From the NCBI RefSeq assembly GCF_030013595.1, contig NZ_CP122768.1: a DNA stretch of 64,000 nt. The stretch is one strand, 5' to 3'. This document shows positions 40,124-51,605 of this stretch, in pieces. The position numbers and the translations under genes are program-made. This stretch comes from Escherichia coli. GTDB lineage: Bacteria > Pseudomonadota > Gammaproteobacteria > Enterobacterales > Enterobacteriaceae. Under the pieces are notes generated by a model that was given only the letters and a program-made list of their open reading frames with translations, ran no database searches and was not told where the DNA came from. Within the stretch, counting starts at the first letter, position 1. Every line of letters begins with the position of its first letter.

Positions 40124-41485
40124 GTGGAAAAAGAAAATATCACCTTCGATCCGCGTTCTTCATTTACTCCATCTTCATCGGCAGATATTCCCGTGCCACC
40201 AGATGGATTAGTTCAACGCAGTACCCGAATTAAACGCATTCAAACCACCGCCATGTTGTTATTATTTTTTGCGGCGGTAATCAATTATCTCGACCGCAGT
40301 TCGCTGTCGGTAGCAAATTTAACGATTCGTGAAGAATTGGGATTAAGTGCCACCGAAATCGGCGCTTTGCTCTCCGTGTTTTCACTCGCTTACGGGATTG
40401 CGCAACTTCCTTGCGGCCCACTATTGGATCGTAAAGGCCCACGCCTGATGCTGGGACTGGGGATGTTCTTCTGGTCACTGTTCCAGGCCATGTCTGGCAT
40501 GGTGCACAGCTTTACGCAGTTCGTGTTGGTGCGTATTGGTATGGGGATTGGTGAAGCGCCGATGAACCCATGCGGTGTAAAAGTCATTAACGACTGGTTC
40601 AACATCAAAGAGCGCGGACGCCCGATGGGCTTCTTCAACGCAGCTTCTACCATTGGCGTTGCCGTAAGCCCACCGATTCTTGCGGCGATGATGCTGGTGA
40701 TGGGCTGGCGCGGGATGTTTATTACCATTGGTGTACTGGGGATTTTTCTCGCCATCGGCTGGTATATGCTCTATCGCAACCGCGAGCACGTAGAACTGAC
40801 TGCCGTTGAACAAGCTTATCTCAATGCAGGTAGCGTCAATGCCCGCCGAGATCCGCTCAGTTTTGCCGAATGGCGCAGCCTGTTCCGTAACCGCACAATG
40901 TGGGGAATGATGCTCGGATTCAGTGGCATCAACTACACTGCGTGGCTGTATCTGGCCTGGCTTCCTGGTTACCTGCAAACAGCCTATAACCTGGATTTAA
41001 AAAGCACAGGATTGATGGCGGCTATCCCTTTCCTGTTTGGGGCTGCCGGGATGCTGGTCAACGGTTACGTTACCGACTGGCTGGTCAAAGGGGGAATGGC
41101 TCCGATTAAAAGCCGTAAGATCTGCATTATTGCCGGGATGTTCTGTTCTGCCGCCTTTACGCTGGTCGTACCGCAAGCGACAACATCCATGACGGCGGTT
41201 CTGCTGATTGGCATGGCACTGTTCTGTATTCACTTTGCCGGAACATCCTGCTGGGGCTTGATCCACGTCGCAGTTGCTTCTCGCATGACTGCATCGGTGG
41301 GCAGTATCCAGAACTTTGCCAGCTTCATCTGCGCCTCTTTCGCGCCGATCATTACTGGTTTTATTGTTGATACCACCCACTCATTCCGTCTGGCACTAAT
41401 CATCTGCGGTTGCGTCACCGCAGCGGGGGCACTGGCGTACATCTTCCTGGTTCGTCAGCCGATCAACGACCCGCGTAAAGATTAA
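40124..41485 (+). CDS. lgoT: MFS L-galactonate transporter
   Basis: 453 aa, 12-TM MFS pattern. Confidence 0.9.
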   Translation: MEKENITFDPRSSFTPSSSADIPVPPDGLVQRSTRIKRIQTTAMLLLFFAAVINYLDRSSLSVANLTIREELGLSATEIGALLSVFSLAYGIAQLPCGPLLDRKGPRLMLGLGMFFWSLFQAMSGMVHSFTQFVLVRIGMGIGEAPMNPCGVKVINDWFNIKERGRPMGFFNAASTIGVAVSPPILAAMMLVMGWRGMFITIGVLGIFLAIGWYMLYRNREHVELTAVEQAYLNAGSVNARRDPLSFAEWRSLFRNRTMWGMMLGFSGINYTAWLYLAWLPGYLQTAYNLDLKSTGLMAAIPFLFGAAGMLVNGYVTDWLVKGGMAPIKSRKICIIAGMFCSAAFTLVVPQATTSMTAVLLIGMALFCIHFAGTSCWGLIHVAVASRMTASVGSIQNFASFICASFAPIITGFIVDTTHSFRLALIICGCVTAAGALAYIFLVRQPINDPRKD

Positions 41486-41494
41486 ACTCCCTAT

Positions 41495-41527
41495 GCCCGA
41501 TAACATTTTGCTTATCGGGCATTTTTA
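41495..41527 (+). terminator. Rho-independent terminator shared by lgoT and convergent tsr
   Basis: GCCCGATAA-cattttgc-TTATCGGGC followed by ATTTTTAT. Confidence 0.7.
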
Positions 41528-41533
41528 TGGCGA

Positions 41534-43198
41534 TTAAAACGTTTCCCAGTTCTCCCCGCTATCTGCCACGGCCATTTTACGCGGCGTAGCTGGCGTCACG
41601 GTTTTTACTACAGCCGATGTTTCACGCTGCTGTTGCTGCTGTTGCTGAATCCGGAACACTGCCACAGCTTCGGTCAGGCGACTGGCCTGCTCTTCCAGCG
41701 CGGCAGCGGCGGCGGCAGATTCTTCCACCAGCGCGGCGTTCTGTTGAGTTACCCGGTCCATCTCAGCAACCGCTAATCCAACCTGATCGATACCACGGCT
41801 CTGCTCATCAGAAGCAGAAGCAATTTCGCCCATAATGTCCGTCACGCGGGTCACGGCACTGACAATCTCCGCCATTGTTTCCCCTGCGCTTTCGACCAGC
41901 GTAGAGCCAACATCTACTTTCCCCACCGAGTCTTCAATCAGGCTTTTAATTTCACGAGCCGCCTGAGCGCTGCGCTGGGCCAGATTACGCACTTCACCCG
42001 CGACCACCGCAAAACCGCGCCCTTGCTCACCCGCGCGCGCTGCTTCAACCGCCGCGTTCAAAGCCAGAATATTGGTCTGGAAGGCAATGCCGTCAATTAC
42101 GCTGATAATATCGGCGATTTTCTGCGAACTGGTGGAGATATCGCGCATAGTCTGCACCACGTTATCTACCACTTTGCCGCCGCGTTGCGCCGTTTCGGAA
42201 GCACTTAACGCCAGGTGGCTGGCCTGACGCGCATTTTCGGCGTTCTGCTTCACCGTTGCGGTCAGTTGCTCCATGCTGGCTGCCGTCTCTTCCAGCGAAG
42301 CGGCCTGTTGCTCGGTGCGCGAAGAGAGATCGTTATTGCCGGTGGCGATTTCGCTGGCACCGCTATAGATGGCATTGGCCCCGTTGCGCACATCACCGAC
42401 GGTACGCATCAGCTCTCCCTGCATATGGCGCAAACTCTCTGCCAGTTGCCCCATCTCATTAGAGCCATCCACCTCAATCGGTTTCACCAGATCGCCGCCT
42501 GCAATATGACGAATGCTGTCAATCAGGCGATTCATTGGCGCTACCAACGAGGCTTTAATACCGAACCAGACGGCGAAGATGACCGCCAGTACGACGATCA
42601 TCACGCCCACCAGAATCCACATCGCCTGGCTGTAGGAGGCATTATTATCGCTGACGGCGATATCATAGAGCCGATCGTTTTGCTCCATGTAAGCCACATA
42701 CTGCTTCTCGAAACCGTCCTGATATCCCTGGGTTGGCTGATCAAAGAACTCGTTGATTTTGCCTGCACCTAACAGTTGGATCAGCTCCGCCAGCGCATTG
42801 TGATAAATATCGTAATTACGTTTGATCTCTGCCGCTGCGGCGGTGCTCTGACGCGGGTCACGCGGCAACGCTTCGTAATCCGCCCAGTTTTTTTCCGCCT
42901 GTTTCAGCGAAATACTGGCACTCTGCATTAGCTCAGCAACGGTTGAACCGCTACCAATATTATTCTGATCCATCATGTAGCGGATACCCGCGCGGTTGAG
43001 GGTGTTACGCGTCTGCAACAACGCAACCCAGCTGCCATTCAGCGTGGATTGCTGCTGGCGAATGGTTTGTAAAACAGTGAAATTTTCTTTGTCATTCTTT
43101 AAGGCATTAAAGAACAGACCGCCTGATGTCAGTTGTAAAAGGCCAAAAACGGCCAAAACCAGCAGTAAGCTGGTCACAATTTTGATACGTTTTAACAT
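41534..43198 (-). CDS. tsr: Serine chemoreceptor Tsr (MCP I), with a 7-Gln tract before the C-terminal tail
   Basis: 554 aa; near-identical to K-12 Tsr as recalled; CAG/CAA tract at 41627-41647 encodes Q7. Confidence 0.95.
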   Translation of the reverse strand: MLKRIKIVTSLLLVLAVFGLLQLTSGGLFFNALKNDKENFTVLQTIRQQQSTLNGSWVALLQTRNTLNRAGIRYMMDQNNIGSGSTVAELMQSASISLKQAEKNWADYEALPRDPRQSTAAAAEIKRNYDIYHNALAELIQLLGAGKINEFFDQPTQGYQDGFEKQYVAYMEQNDRLYDIAVSDNNASYSQAMWILVGVMIVVLAVIFAVWFGIKASLVAPMNRLIDSIRHIAGGDLVKPIEVDGSNEMGQLAESLRHMQGELMRTVGDVRNGANAIYSGASEIATGNNDLSSRTEQQAASLEETAASMEQLTATVKQNAENARQASHLALSASETAQRGGKVVDNVVQTMRDISTSSQKIADIISVIDGIAFQTNILALNAAVEAARAGEQGRGFAVVAGEVRNLAQRSAQAAREIKSLIEDSVGKVDVGSTLVESAGETMAEIVSAVTRVTDIMGEIASASDEQSRGIDQVGLAVAEMDRVTQQNAALVEESAAAAAALEEQASRLTEAVAVFRIQQQQQQQRETSAVVKTVTPATPRKMAVADSGENWETF

Positions 43199-43574
43199 GG
43201 TTTCTCTTTCCTGTGGACCGATGCAAGATTTTCGGCCTGGAAAGGAAAAACTTTATGAATATCCCGCGGAGATTACGCCGAGTAATTTTATTCACACTCT
43301 GAATTTAAAAAACCATTATTTACATAAATTATTCACAATATAAATATGTGATATGAATCACATATTTATCGTCACTTAAACGACGCCTTTGCCGCTCAAC
43401 CGCAAAACTGACCGCTTACATCCCTAAAATAACCACTCAGTTATTTACCTTACTTTACGCGCGCGTAACTCTGGCAACATCACTGCAGGATAGCGGTCAA
43501 TTTACCTCCTCAAACGCAACGCAAACCTAGAACGGCTTCGGCCAACTATTAATCAATACATGCCAGGTTTTACT

Positions 43575-45725
43575 ATGGATACTAAAAAGATATTCAAGCA
43601 CATACCCTGGGTGATTCTCGGAATCATCGGTGCATTCTGCCTCGCGGTAGTTGCATTACGTCGGGGGGAGCACGTCAGCGCCCTGTGGATCGTGGTCGCC
43701 TCTGTGTCGGTGTATCTGGTGGCTTATCGCTACTACAGTCTGTACATCGCCCAGAAGGTAATGAAACTCGACCCCACGCGCGCGACGCCTGCGGTTATTA
43801 ACAACGACGGTCTGAACTATGTTCCGACCAACCGTTACGTGTTGTTTGGTCACCACTTCGCCGCTATCGCCGGTGCTGGTCCGCTGGTTGGTCCGGTGCT
43901 CGCCGCGCAGATGGGCTACCTGCCTGGCACGCTGTGGCTGCTGGCGGGGGTAGTACTGGCCGGTGCGGTTCAGGACTTTATGGTGCTGTTTATCTCCTCT
44001 CGCCGTAACGGCGCATCTCTCGGTGAGATGATCAAAGAAGAGATGGGACCAGTACCGGGGACTATCGCGCTGTTTGGCTGTTTCTTAATCATGATCATCA
44101 TCCTCGCCGTTCTGGCGCTGATTGTGGTTAAAGCCCTGGCCGAAAGTCCGTGGGGTGTCTTCACCGTTTGCTCAACCGTACCAATTGCGCTGTTTATGGG
44201 TATCTACATGCGCTTTATCCGTCCGGGGCGTGTGGGTGAAGTCTCTGTCATTGGTATCGTGCTGCTGGTTGCCTCTATCTACTTCGGTGGCGTGATTGCT
44301 CACGATCCGTACTGGGGTCCGGCACTGACCTTTAAAGACACCACCATTACCTTCGCGCTGATTGGCTATGCGTTTGTTTCCGCACTGCTGCCGGTGTGGC
44401 TGATCCTCGCACCGCGCGACTATCTGGCAACCTTCCTGAAAATCGGTGTTATCGTCGGCCTGGCGCTGGGTATCGTGGTGCTGAACCCGGAACTGAAAAT
44501 GCCTGCGATGACCCAGTACATTGACGGTACTGGCCCGCTGTGGAAAGGCGCTCTGTTCCCGTTCCTGTTCATCACCATCGCCTGTGGTGCGGTATCTGGC
44601 TTCCACGCACTGATCTCTTCCGGTACGACGCCGAAACTGCTGGCTAATGAAACCGACGCGCGTTTCATTGGCTACGGCGCAATGCTGATGGAGTCCTTCG
44701 TGGCGATTATGGCGCTGGTTGCAGCGTCCATCATCGAACCGGGTCTTTACTTCGCGATGAACACCCCGCCTGCGGGCCTTGGCATCACCATGCCTAACCT
44801 GCATGAAATGGGTGGCGAGAACGCGCCGATCATCATGGCGCAGTTGAAAGACGTTACCGCACACGCGGCGGCGACCGTCAGCTCCTGGGGCTTCGTGATT
44901 TCGCCAGAGCAGATCCTGCAAACCGCGAAAGACATTGGTGAGCCTTCTGTCCTGAACCGTGCAGGTGGTGCGCCGACACTGGCGGTAGGTATCGCTCACG
45001 TGTTCCACAAAGTGCTGCCGATGGCTGACATGGGCTTCTGGTATCACTTCGGTATTCTGTTCGAAGCCCTGTTCATCCTGACCGCGCTGGATGCCGGTAC
45101 CCGTTCTGGCCGCTTTATGCTGCAAGACCTGCTGGGTAACTTCATCCCGTTCCTGAAAAAAACCGACTCTCTGGTTGCTGGTATCATCGGTACTGCGGGC
45201 TGTGTGGGTCTGTGGGGCTACCTGCTGTATCAGGGCGTGGTCGATCCGCTGGGCGGCGTTAAGAGCCTGTGGCCGCTGTTCGGTATCTCCAACCAGATGC
45301 TGGCCGCCGTGGCGCTGGTACTGGGTACCGTTGTGCTGATTAAGATGAAGCGCACCCAATACATCTGGGTAACTGTTGTTCCGGCTGTATGGCTGCTTAT
45401 CTGCACCACCTGGGCGCTGGGCCTGAAACTGTTCAGTACCAACCCGCAGATGGAAGGCTTCTTCTACATGGCAAGCCAGTACAAAGAGAAGATTGCTAAC
45501 GGTACTGACCTGACGGCGCAGCAGATTGCCAACATGAACCACATCGTTGTGAATAACTACACCAACGCAGGTCTGAGTATTCTGTTCCTGATCGTGGTGT
45601 ACAGCATCATCTTCTATGGTTTCAAAACCTGGCTTGCGGTGCGTAACAGCGACAAACGTACTGACAAAGAAACACCGTACGTTCCAATCCCGGAAGGCGG
45701 CGTGAAGATCTCTTCGCACCACTAA
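43575..45725 (+). CDS. btsT: Pyruvate/H+ symporter BtsT (CstA family)
   Basis: 716 aa from MDTKKIFKHIPWVILG... Confidence 0.9.
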   Translation: MDTKKIFKHIPWVILGIIGAFCLAVVALRRGEHVSALWIVVASVSVYLVAYRYYSLYIAQKVMKLDPTRATPAVINNDGLNYVPTNRYVLFGHHFAAIAGAGPLVGPVLAAQMGYLPGTLWLLAGVVLAGAVQDFMVLFISSRRNGASLGEMIKEEMGPVPGTIALFGCFLIMIIILAVLALIVVKALAESPWGVFTVCSTVPIALFMGIYMRFIRPGRVGEVSVIGIVLLVASIYFGGVIAHDPYWGPALTFKDTTITFALIGYAFVSALLPVWLILAPRDYLATFLKIGVIVGLALGIVVLNPELKMPAMTQYIDGTGPLWKGALFPFLFITIACGAVSGFHALISSGTTPKLLANETDARFIGYGAMLMESFVAIMALVAASIIEPGLYFAMNTPPAGLGITMPNLHEMGGENAPIIMAQLKDVTAHAAATVSSWGFVISPEQILQTAKDIGEPSVLNRAGGAPTLAVGIAHVFHKVLPMADMGFWYHFGILFEALFILTALDAGTRSGRFMLQDLLGNFIPFLKKTDSLVAGIIGTAGCVGLWGYLLYQGVVDPLGGVKSLWPLFGISNQMLAAVALVLGTVVLIKMKRTQYIWVTVVPAVWLLICTTWALGLKLFSTNPQMEGFFYMASQYKEKIANGTDLTAQQIANMNHIVVNNYTNAGLSILFLIVVYSIIFYGFKTWLAVRNSDKRTDKETPYVPIPEGGVKISSHH

Positions 45726-45732
45726 CCGTGTT

Positions 45733-45760
45733 TAGCCCCGCTTCGGCGGGGCTTTGTTCT
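45733..45760 (+). terminator. Rho-independent terminator after btsT
   Basis: AGCCCCGC-ttcg-GCGGGGCT followed by TTGTTCTT. Confidence 0.7.
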
Positions 45761-45774
45761 TATCAGAGTGAACT

Positions 45775-45978
45775 ATGTTTGGTAACTTAGGACAGGCAAA
45801 AAAATATCTCGGCCAGGCGGCGAAGATGTTGATTGGCATTCCAGACTACGACAACTACGTCGAGCATATGAAGACCAACCATCCCGACAAGCCGTACATG
45901 AGCTATGAAGAATTCTTCCGCGAACGCCAGAACGCGCGCTACGGCGGCGATGGTAAAGGCGGTATGCGCTGTTGTTAA
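45775..45978 (+). CDS. yjiX: Small protein YjiX (DUF466)
   Basis: 67 aa [33 protein letters not shown]... Confidence 0.85.
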
Positions 45979-45988
45979 TGGAGAGAGC

Positions 45989-46945
45989 ATGAACCCGATT
46001 GCAGTGACCCTACTCACCGGTTTTTTAGGCGCGGGCAAAACTACCCTGCTGCGCCATATTCTTAACGAACAACACGGCTACAAGATTGCCGTGATTGAAA
46101 ACGAATTCGGCGAAGTCTCCGTTGATGATCAACTGATTGGCGACCGCGCCACGCAGATCAAAACGCTGACCAACGGCTGCATCTGCTGTTCGCGCTCCAA
46201 CGAGCTGGAGGACGCGCTACTCGACCTGCTGGACAATCTCGACAAGGGCAATATTCAGTTCGACCGTCTGGTCATTGAATGCACCGGCATGGCCGATCCT
46301 GGCCCGATTATTCAGACCTTTTTCTCCCATGAGATTTTATGCCAGCGCTACCTGCTGGACGGCGTGATTGCGCTGGTGGATGCGGTACATGCCGATGAGC
46401 AGATGAACCAGTTCACCATCGCCCAGTCCCAGGTTGGCTACGCCGACCGTATTCTGCTGACTAAAACCGACGTCGCAGGCGAAGCAGAGAAACTGCGTGA
46501 ACGTCTGGCACGCATCAACGCCCGCGCGCCGGTCTACACCGTCACCCACGGCGACATCGACCTGGGCCTGTTGTTCAACACCAACGGTTTTATGCTGGAA
46601 GAAAACGTCGTCAGCACCAAACCGCGTTTCCACTTTATCGCGGATAAACAAAACGATATTTCGTCGATTGTGGTGGAACTGGATTACCCGGTAGATATCA
46701 GCGAAGTTTCCCGCGTGATGGAAAACCTGCTGCTGGAATCGGCAGATAAACTGCTGCGTTACAAAGGGATGCTGTGGATTGACGGCGAACCTAACCGCCT
46801 GCTGTTCCAGGGCGTCCAGCGCCTCTACAGCGCCGACTGGGACAGGCCGTGGGGTGATGAAACACCGCATAGCACAATGGTGTTTATCGGGATTCAGCTG
46901 CCGGAGGATGAGATTCGGGCGGCGTTTGCGGGGTTGAGGAAGTAA
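45989..46945 (+). CDS. yjiA: GTPase YjiA (CobW/COG0523 family)
   Basis: 318 aa from MNPIAVTLLTGFLGAGKTTLL (P-loop). Confidence 0.9.
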   Translation: MNPIAVTLLTGFLGAGKTTLLRHILNEQHGYKIAVIENEFGEVSVDDQLIGDRATQIKTLTNGCICCSRSNELEDALLDLLDNLDKGNIQFDRLVIECTGMADPGPIIQTFFSHEILCQRYLLDGVIALVDAVHADEQMNQFTIAQSQVGYADRILLTKTDVAGEAEKLRERLARINARAPVYTVTHGDIDLGLLFNTNGFMLEENVVSTKPRFHFIADKQNDISSIVVELDYPVDISEVSRVMENLLLESADKLLRYKGMLWIDGEPNRLLFQGVQRLYSADWDRPWGDETPHSTMVFIGIQLPEDEIRAAFAGLRK

Positions 46946-46954
46946 GGGGTTATG

Positions 46955-46984
46955 GGCCGGATAAGGCGCAGCCGCATCCGGCCT
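46955..46984. repeat. REP element
   Basis: GCCGGATAAGGCGCAGCCGCATCCGGC palindrome between convergent yjiA and mrr. Confidence 0.6.
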
Positions 46985-46990
46985 GATATT

Positions 46991-47905
46991 TCACTCAAAA
47001 TAGTCCATATCCAGTTTCGGCACCTTCAACAAACGTGAAGAAACCCCTACTTCGTTTTCGATCATTAAGTGCACCAGGCGTTCCCCATCAACCAACACCA
47101 TACCCTCAACGGATTGGGCAAAGTCACGCGCCTGAGAAGTAAATCCAGAAGTGGTAATAAACACCCCACGTTTCGCTTTTTGCCCAGCCAGTGCGCCGTA
47201 AAATGCCTGTAATTCTGGCCTGCCTACAGTATTCTGCCAACGTTTTGCCTGAACATAAACTTTCTCCAGGCCAAGTTTATCAAGCGATATCACACCATCG
47301 ATGCCACCATCTCCAGTACCGCCAACACGCTGCAAATCATCACGGTGGCCGCCATACCCCAGGCGATGCAAAACATCCAGAACAATGACTTCAAAGCGCG
47401 AAGGAGAAACCTGCAATAAGTTTTCCAGAACCTCATCAGCCACCGCATCACGAAGCTCTTTTAGCGCCTGATCTAACCGATCGTCCGGGCTGCTCTTTGC
47501 AAGTTCTTCATGATCGGGAGAGTCGGCTTTCGGATCTAAATCGACGGCATCCGGCCGTGACTTAAGTTTGACATTCACAAAATCGAAGGCCAGATGGTTC
47601 GTCTCCTGCTCCGTCATTGGCTGGGGATGAGACGCAACCCAGTCAAAACCCGCAGGAGTCAGGCACCATTTGCCACGCGACAAACTTTGCGACAACCCGG
47701 CACGTTTTAAACGGTCATGCGCCCAGCCTGCACGATTTTTATAAACAAGTTGTCCGCTGGTAATGACTTTCGCTCGCTGGCTGTCATCCAGTCCTAATGC
47801 ATCCGCGGCAGCCTCATGAACATCACGCGCGGCTGCACCTTCCGGTTTTGTCGCCAGATAACGCAGAACAGGTTCAATAAATTTGTCATAGGTTGGAACC
47901 GTCAT
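46991..47905 (-). CDS. mrr: Type IV restriction endonuclease Mrr
   Basis: 304 aa MTVPTYDKFIEPVLRYLATKPEGAAARD... Confidence 0.95.
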   Translation of the reverse strand: MTVPTYDKFIEPVLRYLATKPEGAAARDVHEAAADALGLDDSQRAKVITSGQLVYKNRAGWAHDRLKRAGLSQSLSRGKWCLTPAGFDWVASHPQPMTEQETNHLAFDFVNVKLKSRPDAVDLDPKADSPDHEELAKSSPDDRLDQALKELRDAVADEVLENLLQVSPSRFEVIVLDVLHRLGYGGHRDDLQRVGGTGDGGIDGVISLDKLGLEKVYVQAKRWQNTVGRPELQAFYGALAGQKAKRGVFITTSGFTSQARDFAQSVEGMVLVDGERLVHLMIENEVGVSSRLLKVPKLDMDYFE

Positions 47906-48092
47906 AGTACATCCTTGCAGAATCAGGTAGATGTTTTTCGGCTACTATAACACTACCAAAATAGGCGAACACGTTAGAAATGAGTCAGTTGCTGTGACCG
48001 TGGTCATTGCCCGGAAAGGTACAGAAAGCTAAGATGCGATGTTATGGGCCTTAAATATTTGGACAGGCCCACACAGCAATGGATTAATAACA

Positions 48093-51000
48093 ATGATGAA
48101 TAAATCCAATTTTGAATTCCTGAAGGGCGTCAACGACTTCACTTATGCCATCGCCTGTGCGGCGGAAAATAACTACCCCGATGATCCCAACACGACGCTG
48201 ATTAAAATGCGTATGTTTGGCGAAGCCACAGCGAAACATCTTGGTCTGTTACTCAACATCCCCTCTTGTGAGAATCAACACGATCTCCTGCGCGAACTTG
48301 GCAAAATCGCCTTCGTTGATGACAACATTCTCTCTGTATTCCACAAATTACGCCGCATTGGTAACCAGGCGGTGCACGAATATCATAACGATCTCGACGA
48401 TGCCCAGATGTGCCTGCGGCTAGGCTTCCGTCTGGCTGTCTGGTACTACCGTCTGGTCACCAAAGATTATGACTTCCCGGTGCCGGTATTTGTGTTGCCA
48501 GAACGTGGCGAGAACCTCTATCACCAGGAAGTGCTGACGCTAAAACAACAGCTTGAACAGCAGGTGCGAGAAAAAGCGCAAACTCAGGCAGAAGTCGAAG
48601 CGCAACAGCAGAAGCTGGTTGCTCTGAACGGCTATATCGCCATTCTGGAAGGCAAACAGCAGGAAACAGAAGCGCAAACCCAGGCTCGCCTTGCGGCGCT
48701 GGAAGCACAGCTTGCCGAGAAGAACGCGGAACTGGCAAAACAGACCGAACAGGAACGTAAGGCTTACCACAAAGAAATTACCGATCAGGCCATCAAGCGC
48801 ACACTCAACCTTAGCGAAGAAGAGAGTCGCTTCCTGATTGACGCGCAACTGCGTAAAGCAGGCTGGCAGGCCGATAGCAAAACCCTGCGCTTCTCCAAAG
48901 GCGCACGCCCGGAACCCGGCGTCAATAAAGCCATTGCCGAATGGCCGACCGGGAAAGATGAAACGGGTAATCAGGGTTTTGCGGATTATGTGCTGTTTGT
49001 CGGCCTCAAGCCCATCGCGGTGGTAGAGGCGAAACGTAAAAATATCGACGTTCCCGGCAAGCTCAATGAGTCGTATCGCTACAGCAAATGCTTCGATAAT
49101 GGCTTCCTGCGGGAAACCTTGCTTGAGCATTACTCGCCGGATGAAGTGCATGAAGCGGTGCCGGAGTATGAAACCAGCTGGCAGGACACCAGCGGCCAAC
49201 AACGGTTTAAAATCCCCTTCTGCTACTCGACCAACGGGCGCGAATACCGCGCAGCAATGAAAACTAAAAGCGGCATCTGGTATCGCGACGTGCGTGATAC
49301 CCGTAATATGTCGAAAGCCTTACCCGAGTGGCATCGCCCGGAAGAGCTGCTGGAAATGCTCGGCAGTGAACCGCAAAAACAGAATCAGTGGTTTGCCGAT
49401 AACCCTGGCATGAGCGAGCTGGGCCTGCGTTATTATCAGGAAGATGCCGTCCGCGCGGTTGAAAAGGCAATCGTCAAGGGTCAACAAGAGATCCTGCTGG
49501 CGATGGCGACCGGTACCGGTAAAACCCGTACCGCAATCGCCATGATGTTCCGCCTGATCCAGTCCCAGCGTTTTAAACGCATTCTCTTCCTTGTGGATCG
49601 CCGTTCTCTTGGCGAGCAGGCGCTGGGGGCGTTTGAAGATACGCGTATTAACGGCGACACTTTCAACAGCATTTTCGACATTAAAGGGCTGACGGATAAA
49701 TTCCCGGAAGACAGCACCAAAATTCACGTTGCCACCGTACAGTCGCTGGTGAAACGCACCCTGCAATCGGATGAACCGATGCCGGTGGCCCGTTACGACT
49801 GTATCGTCGTCGATGAAGCGCATCGCGGCTATATTCTCGATAAAGAGCAGACCGAAGGCGAGCTGCAGTTCCGCAGCCAGCTGGATTATGTCTCTGCCTA
49901 CCGTCGCATTCTCGATCATTTCGATGCGGTAAAAATCGCCCTCACCGCCACCCCGGCGCTGCATACGGTGCAGATTTTCGGTGAGCCGGTTTACCGTTAT
50001 ACCTACCGGACCGCAGTTATCGACGGTTTTCTGATCGACCAGGATCCGCCGATCCAAATCACCACCCGCAACGCCCAGGAGGGAGTTTATCTCTCCAAAG
50101 GCGAGCAGATAGAGCGCATCAGCCCGCAGGGGGAAGTGATCAACGACACCCTGGAAGACGATCAGGATTTTGAGGTCGCCGACTTTAACCGTGGCCTGGT
50201 GATCCCGGCGTTTAACCGCGCCGTCTGTAACGAACTCACCAACTACCTTGATCCGACCGGGTCGCAAAAAACGCTGGTCTTCTGTGTCACTAATGCTCAT
50301 GCCGATATGGTGGTGGAAGAGCTGCGTACCGCATTCAAGAAAAAGTATCCGCAACTGGAGCACGACGCGATCATCAAGATCACCGGTGATGCCGATAAAG
50401 ACGCGCGCAAAGTGCAGACCATGATCACCCGTTTCAATAAAGAGCGGCTGCCCAATATCGTGGTAACCGTCGACCTGCTGACGACCGGCGTCGATATTCC
50501 GTCGATCTGTAATATCGTGTTCCTGCGTAAAGTACGCAGCCGTATTCTGTACGAGCAGATGAAAGGCCGCGCCACGCGCTTGTGCCCGGACGTGAATAAA
50601 ACCAGCTTTAAGATTTTCGACTGTGTCGATATCTACAGCACACTGGAGAGCGTCGACACCATGCGTCCGGTGGTGGTGCGTCCGAAGGTGGAATTACAAA
50701 CGCTGGTCAACGAAATTACCGATTCAGAAACCTATAAAATTACCGAAGCGGATGGCCGTAGCTTTGCCGAGCACAGCCATGAACAATTGGTGGCGAAGCT
50801 CCAGCGCATCATCGGCCTGGCCACGTTTAACCGTGACCGCAGCGAAACGATAGATAAACAGGTGCGTCGTCTGGATGAGCTATGCCAGGACGCGGCGGGA
50901 GTGAACTTTAACGGCTTCGCCTCGCGCCTGCGGGAAAAAGGGCCGCACTGGAGCGCCGAAGTCTTTAACAAACTGCCTGGCTTTATCGCCCGTCTGGAAA

Positions 51001-51605
51001 AGCTGAAAACCGACATCAACAACCTGAACGATGCGCCGATCTTCCTCGATATCGACGATGAAGTGGTGAGCGTAAAATCGCTGTACGGTGATTACGACAC
51101 GCCGCAGGATTTCCTCGAAGCCTTTGACTCGCTGGTGCAACGTTCCCCGAACGCACAGCCGGCATTGCAGGCGGTGATTAATCGCCCGCGCGATCTCACC
51201 CGTAAAGGGCTGGTCGAGCTACAGGAGTGGTTTGACCGCCAGCACTTTGAGGAATCTTCCCTGCGCAAAGCATGGAAAGAGACGCGCAATGAAGATATCG
51301 CCGCCCGGCTGATTGGTCATATTCGCCGTGCAGCGGTAGGCGATGCGCTGAAACCGTTTGAGGAACGTGTCGATCACGCGCTGACGCGCATTAAGGGCGA
51401 AAACGACTGGAGCAGCGAGCAATTAAGCTGGCTCGATCGTTTAGCGCAGGCGCTGAAAGAGAAAGTGGTGCTCGACGACGATGTCTTCAAAACCGGCAAC
51501 TTCCACCGTCGCGGCGGGAAGGCGATGCTGCAAAGAACCTTTGACGATAATCTCGACAACCTGCTCGATAAATTCAGCGATTATATCTGGGACGAGCTGG
51601 CCTGA
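48093..51605 (+). CDS. hsdR: Type I restriction enzyme R subunit (EcoKI family)
   Basis: 1170 aa from MMNKSNFEFLKGV...; helicase motifs ATGTGKTR and DEAH (VVDEAHRG). Confidence 0.95.
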   Translation: MMNKSNFEFLKGVNDFTYAIACAAENNYPDDPNTTLIKMRMFGEATAKHLGLLLNIPSCENQHDLLRELGKIAFVDDNILSVFHKLRRIGNQAVHEYHNDLDDAQMCLRLGFRLAVWYYRLVTKDYDFPVPVFVLPERGENLYHQEVLTLKQQLEQQVREKAQTQAEVEAQQQKLVALNGYIAILEGKQQETEAQTQARLAALEAQLAEKNAELAKQTEQERKAYHKEITDQAIKRTLNLSEEESRFLIDAQLRKAGWQADSKTLRFSKGARPEPGVNKAIAEWPTGKDETGNQGFADYVLFVGLKPIAVVEAKRKNIDVPGKLNESYRYSKCFDNGFLRETLLEHYSPDEVHEAVPEYETSWQDTSGQQRFKIPFCYSTNGREYRAAMKTKSGIWYRDVRDTRNMSKALPEWHRPEELLEMLGSEPQKQNQWFADNPGMSELGLRYYQEDAVRAVEKAIVKGQQEILLAMATGTGKTRTAIAMMFRLIQSQRFKRILFLVDRRSLGEQALGAFEDTRINGDTFNSIFDIKGLTDKFPEDSTKIHVATVQSLVKRTLQSDEPMPVARYDCIVVDEAHRGYILDKEQTEGELQFRSQLDYVSAYRRILDHFDAVKIALTATPALHTVQIFGEPVYRYTYRTAVIDGFLIDQDPPIQITTRNAQEGVYLSKGEQIERISPQGEVINDTLEDDQDFEVADFNRGLVIPAFNRAVCNELTNYLDPTGSQKTLVFCVTNAHADMVVEELRTAFKKKYPQLEHDAIIKITGDADKDARKVQTMITRFNKERLPNIVVTVDLLTTGVDIPSICNIVFLRKVRSRILYEQMKGRATRLCPDVNKTSFKIFDCVDIYSTLESVDTMRPVVVRPKVELQTLVNEITDSETYKITEADGRSFAEHSHEQLVAKLQRIIGLATFNRDRSETIDKQVRRLDELCQDAAGVNFNGFASRLREKGPHWSAEVFNKLPGFIARLEKLKTDINNLNDAPIFLDIDDEVVSVKSLYGDYDTPQDFLEAFDSLVQRSPNAQPALQAVINRPRDLTRKGLVELQEWFDRQHFEESSLRKAWKETRNEDIAARLIGHIRRAAVGDALKPFEERVDHALTRIKGENDWSSEQLSWLDRLAQALKEKVVLDDDVFKTGNFHRRGGKAMLQRTFDDNLDNLLDKFSDYIWDELA

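Noticed and set aside
44172-45722. 516-aa minus-strand ORF
   Set aside because: It lies entirely antisense to btsT, a well-conserved transporter; its Arg/His/Gln-rich low-complexity translation is typical of antisense frames of codon-biased genes.
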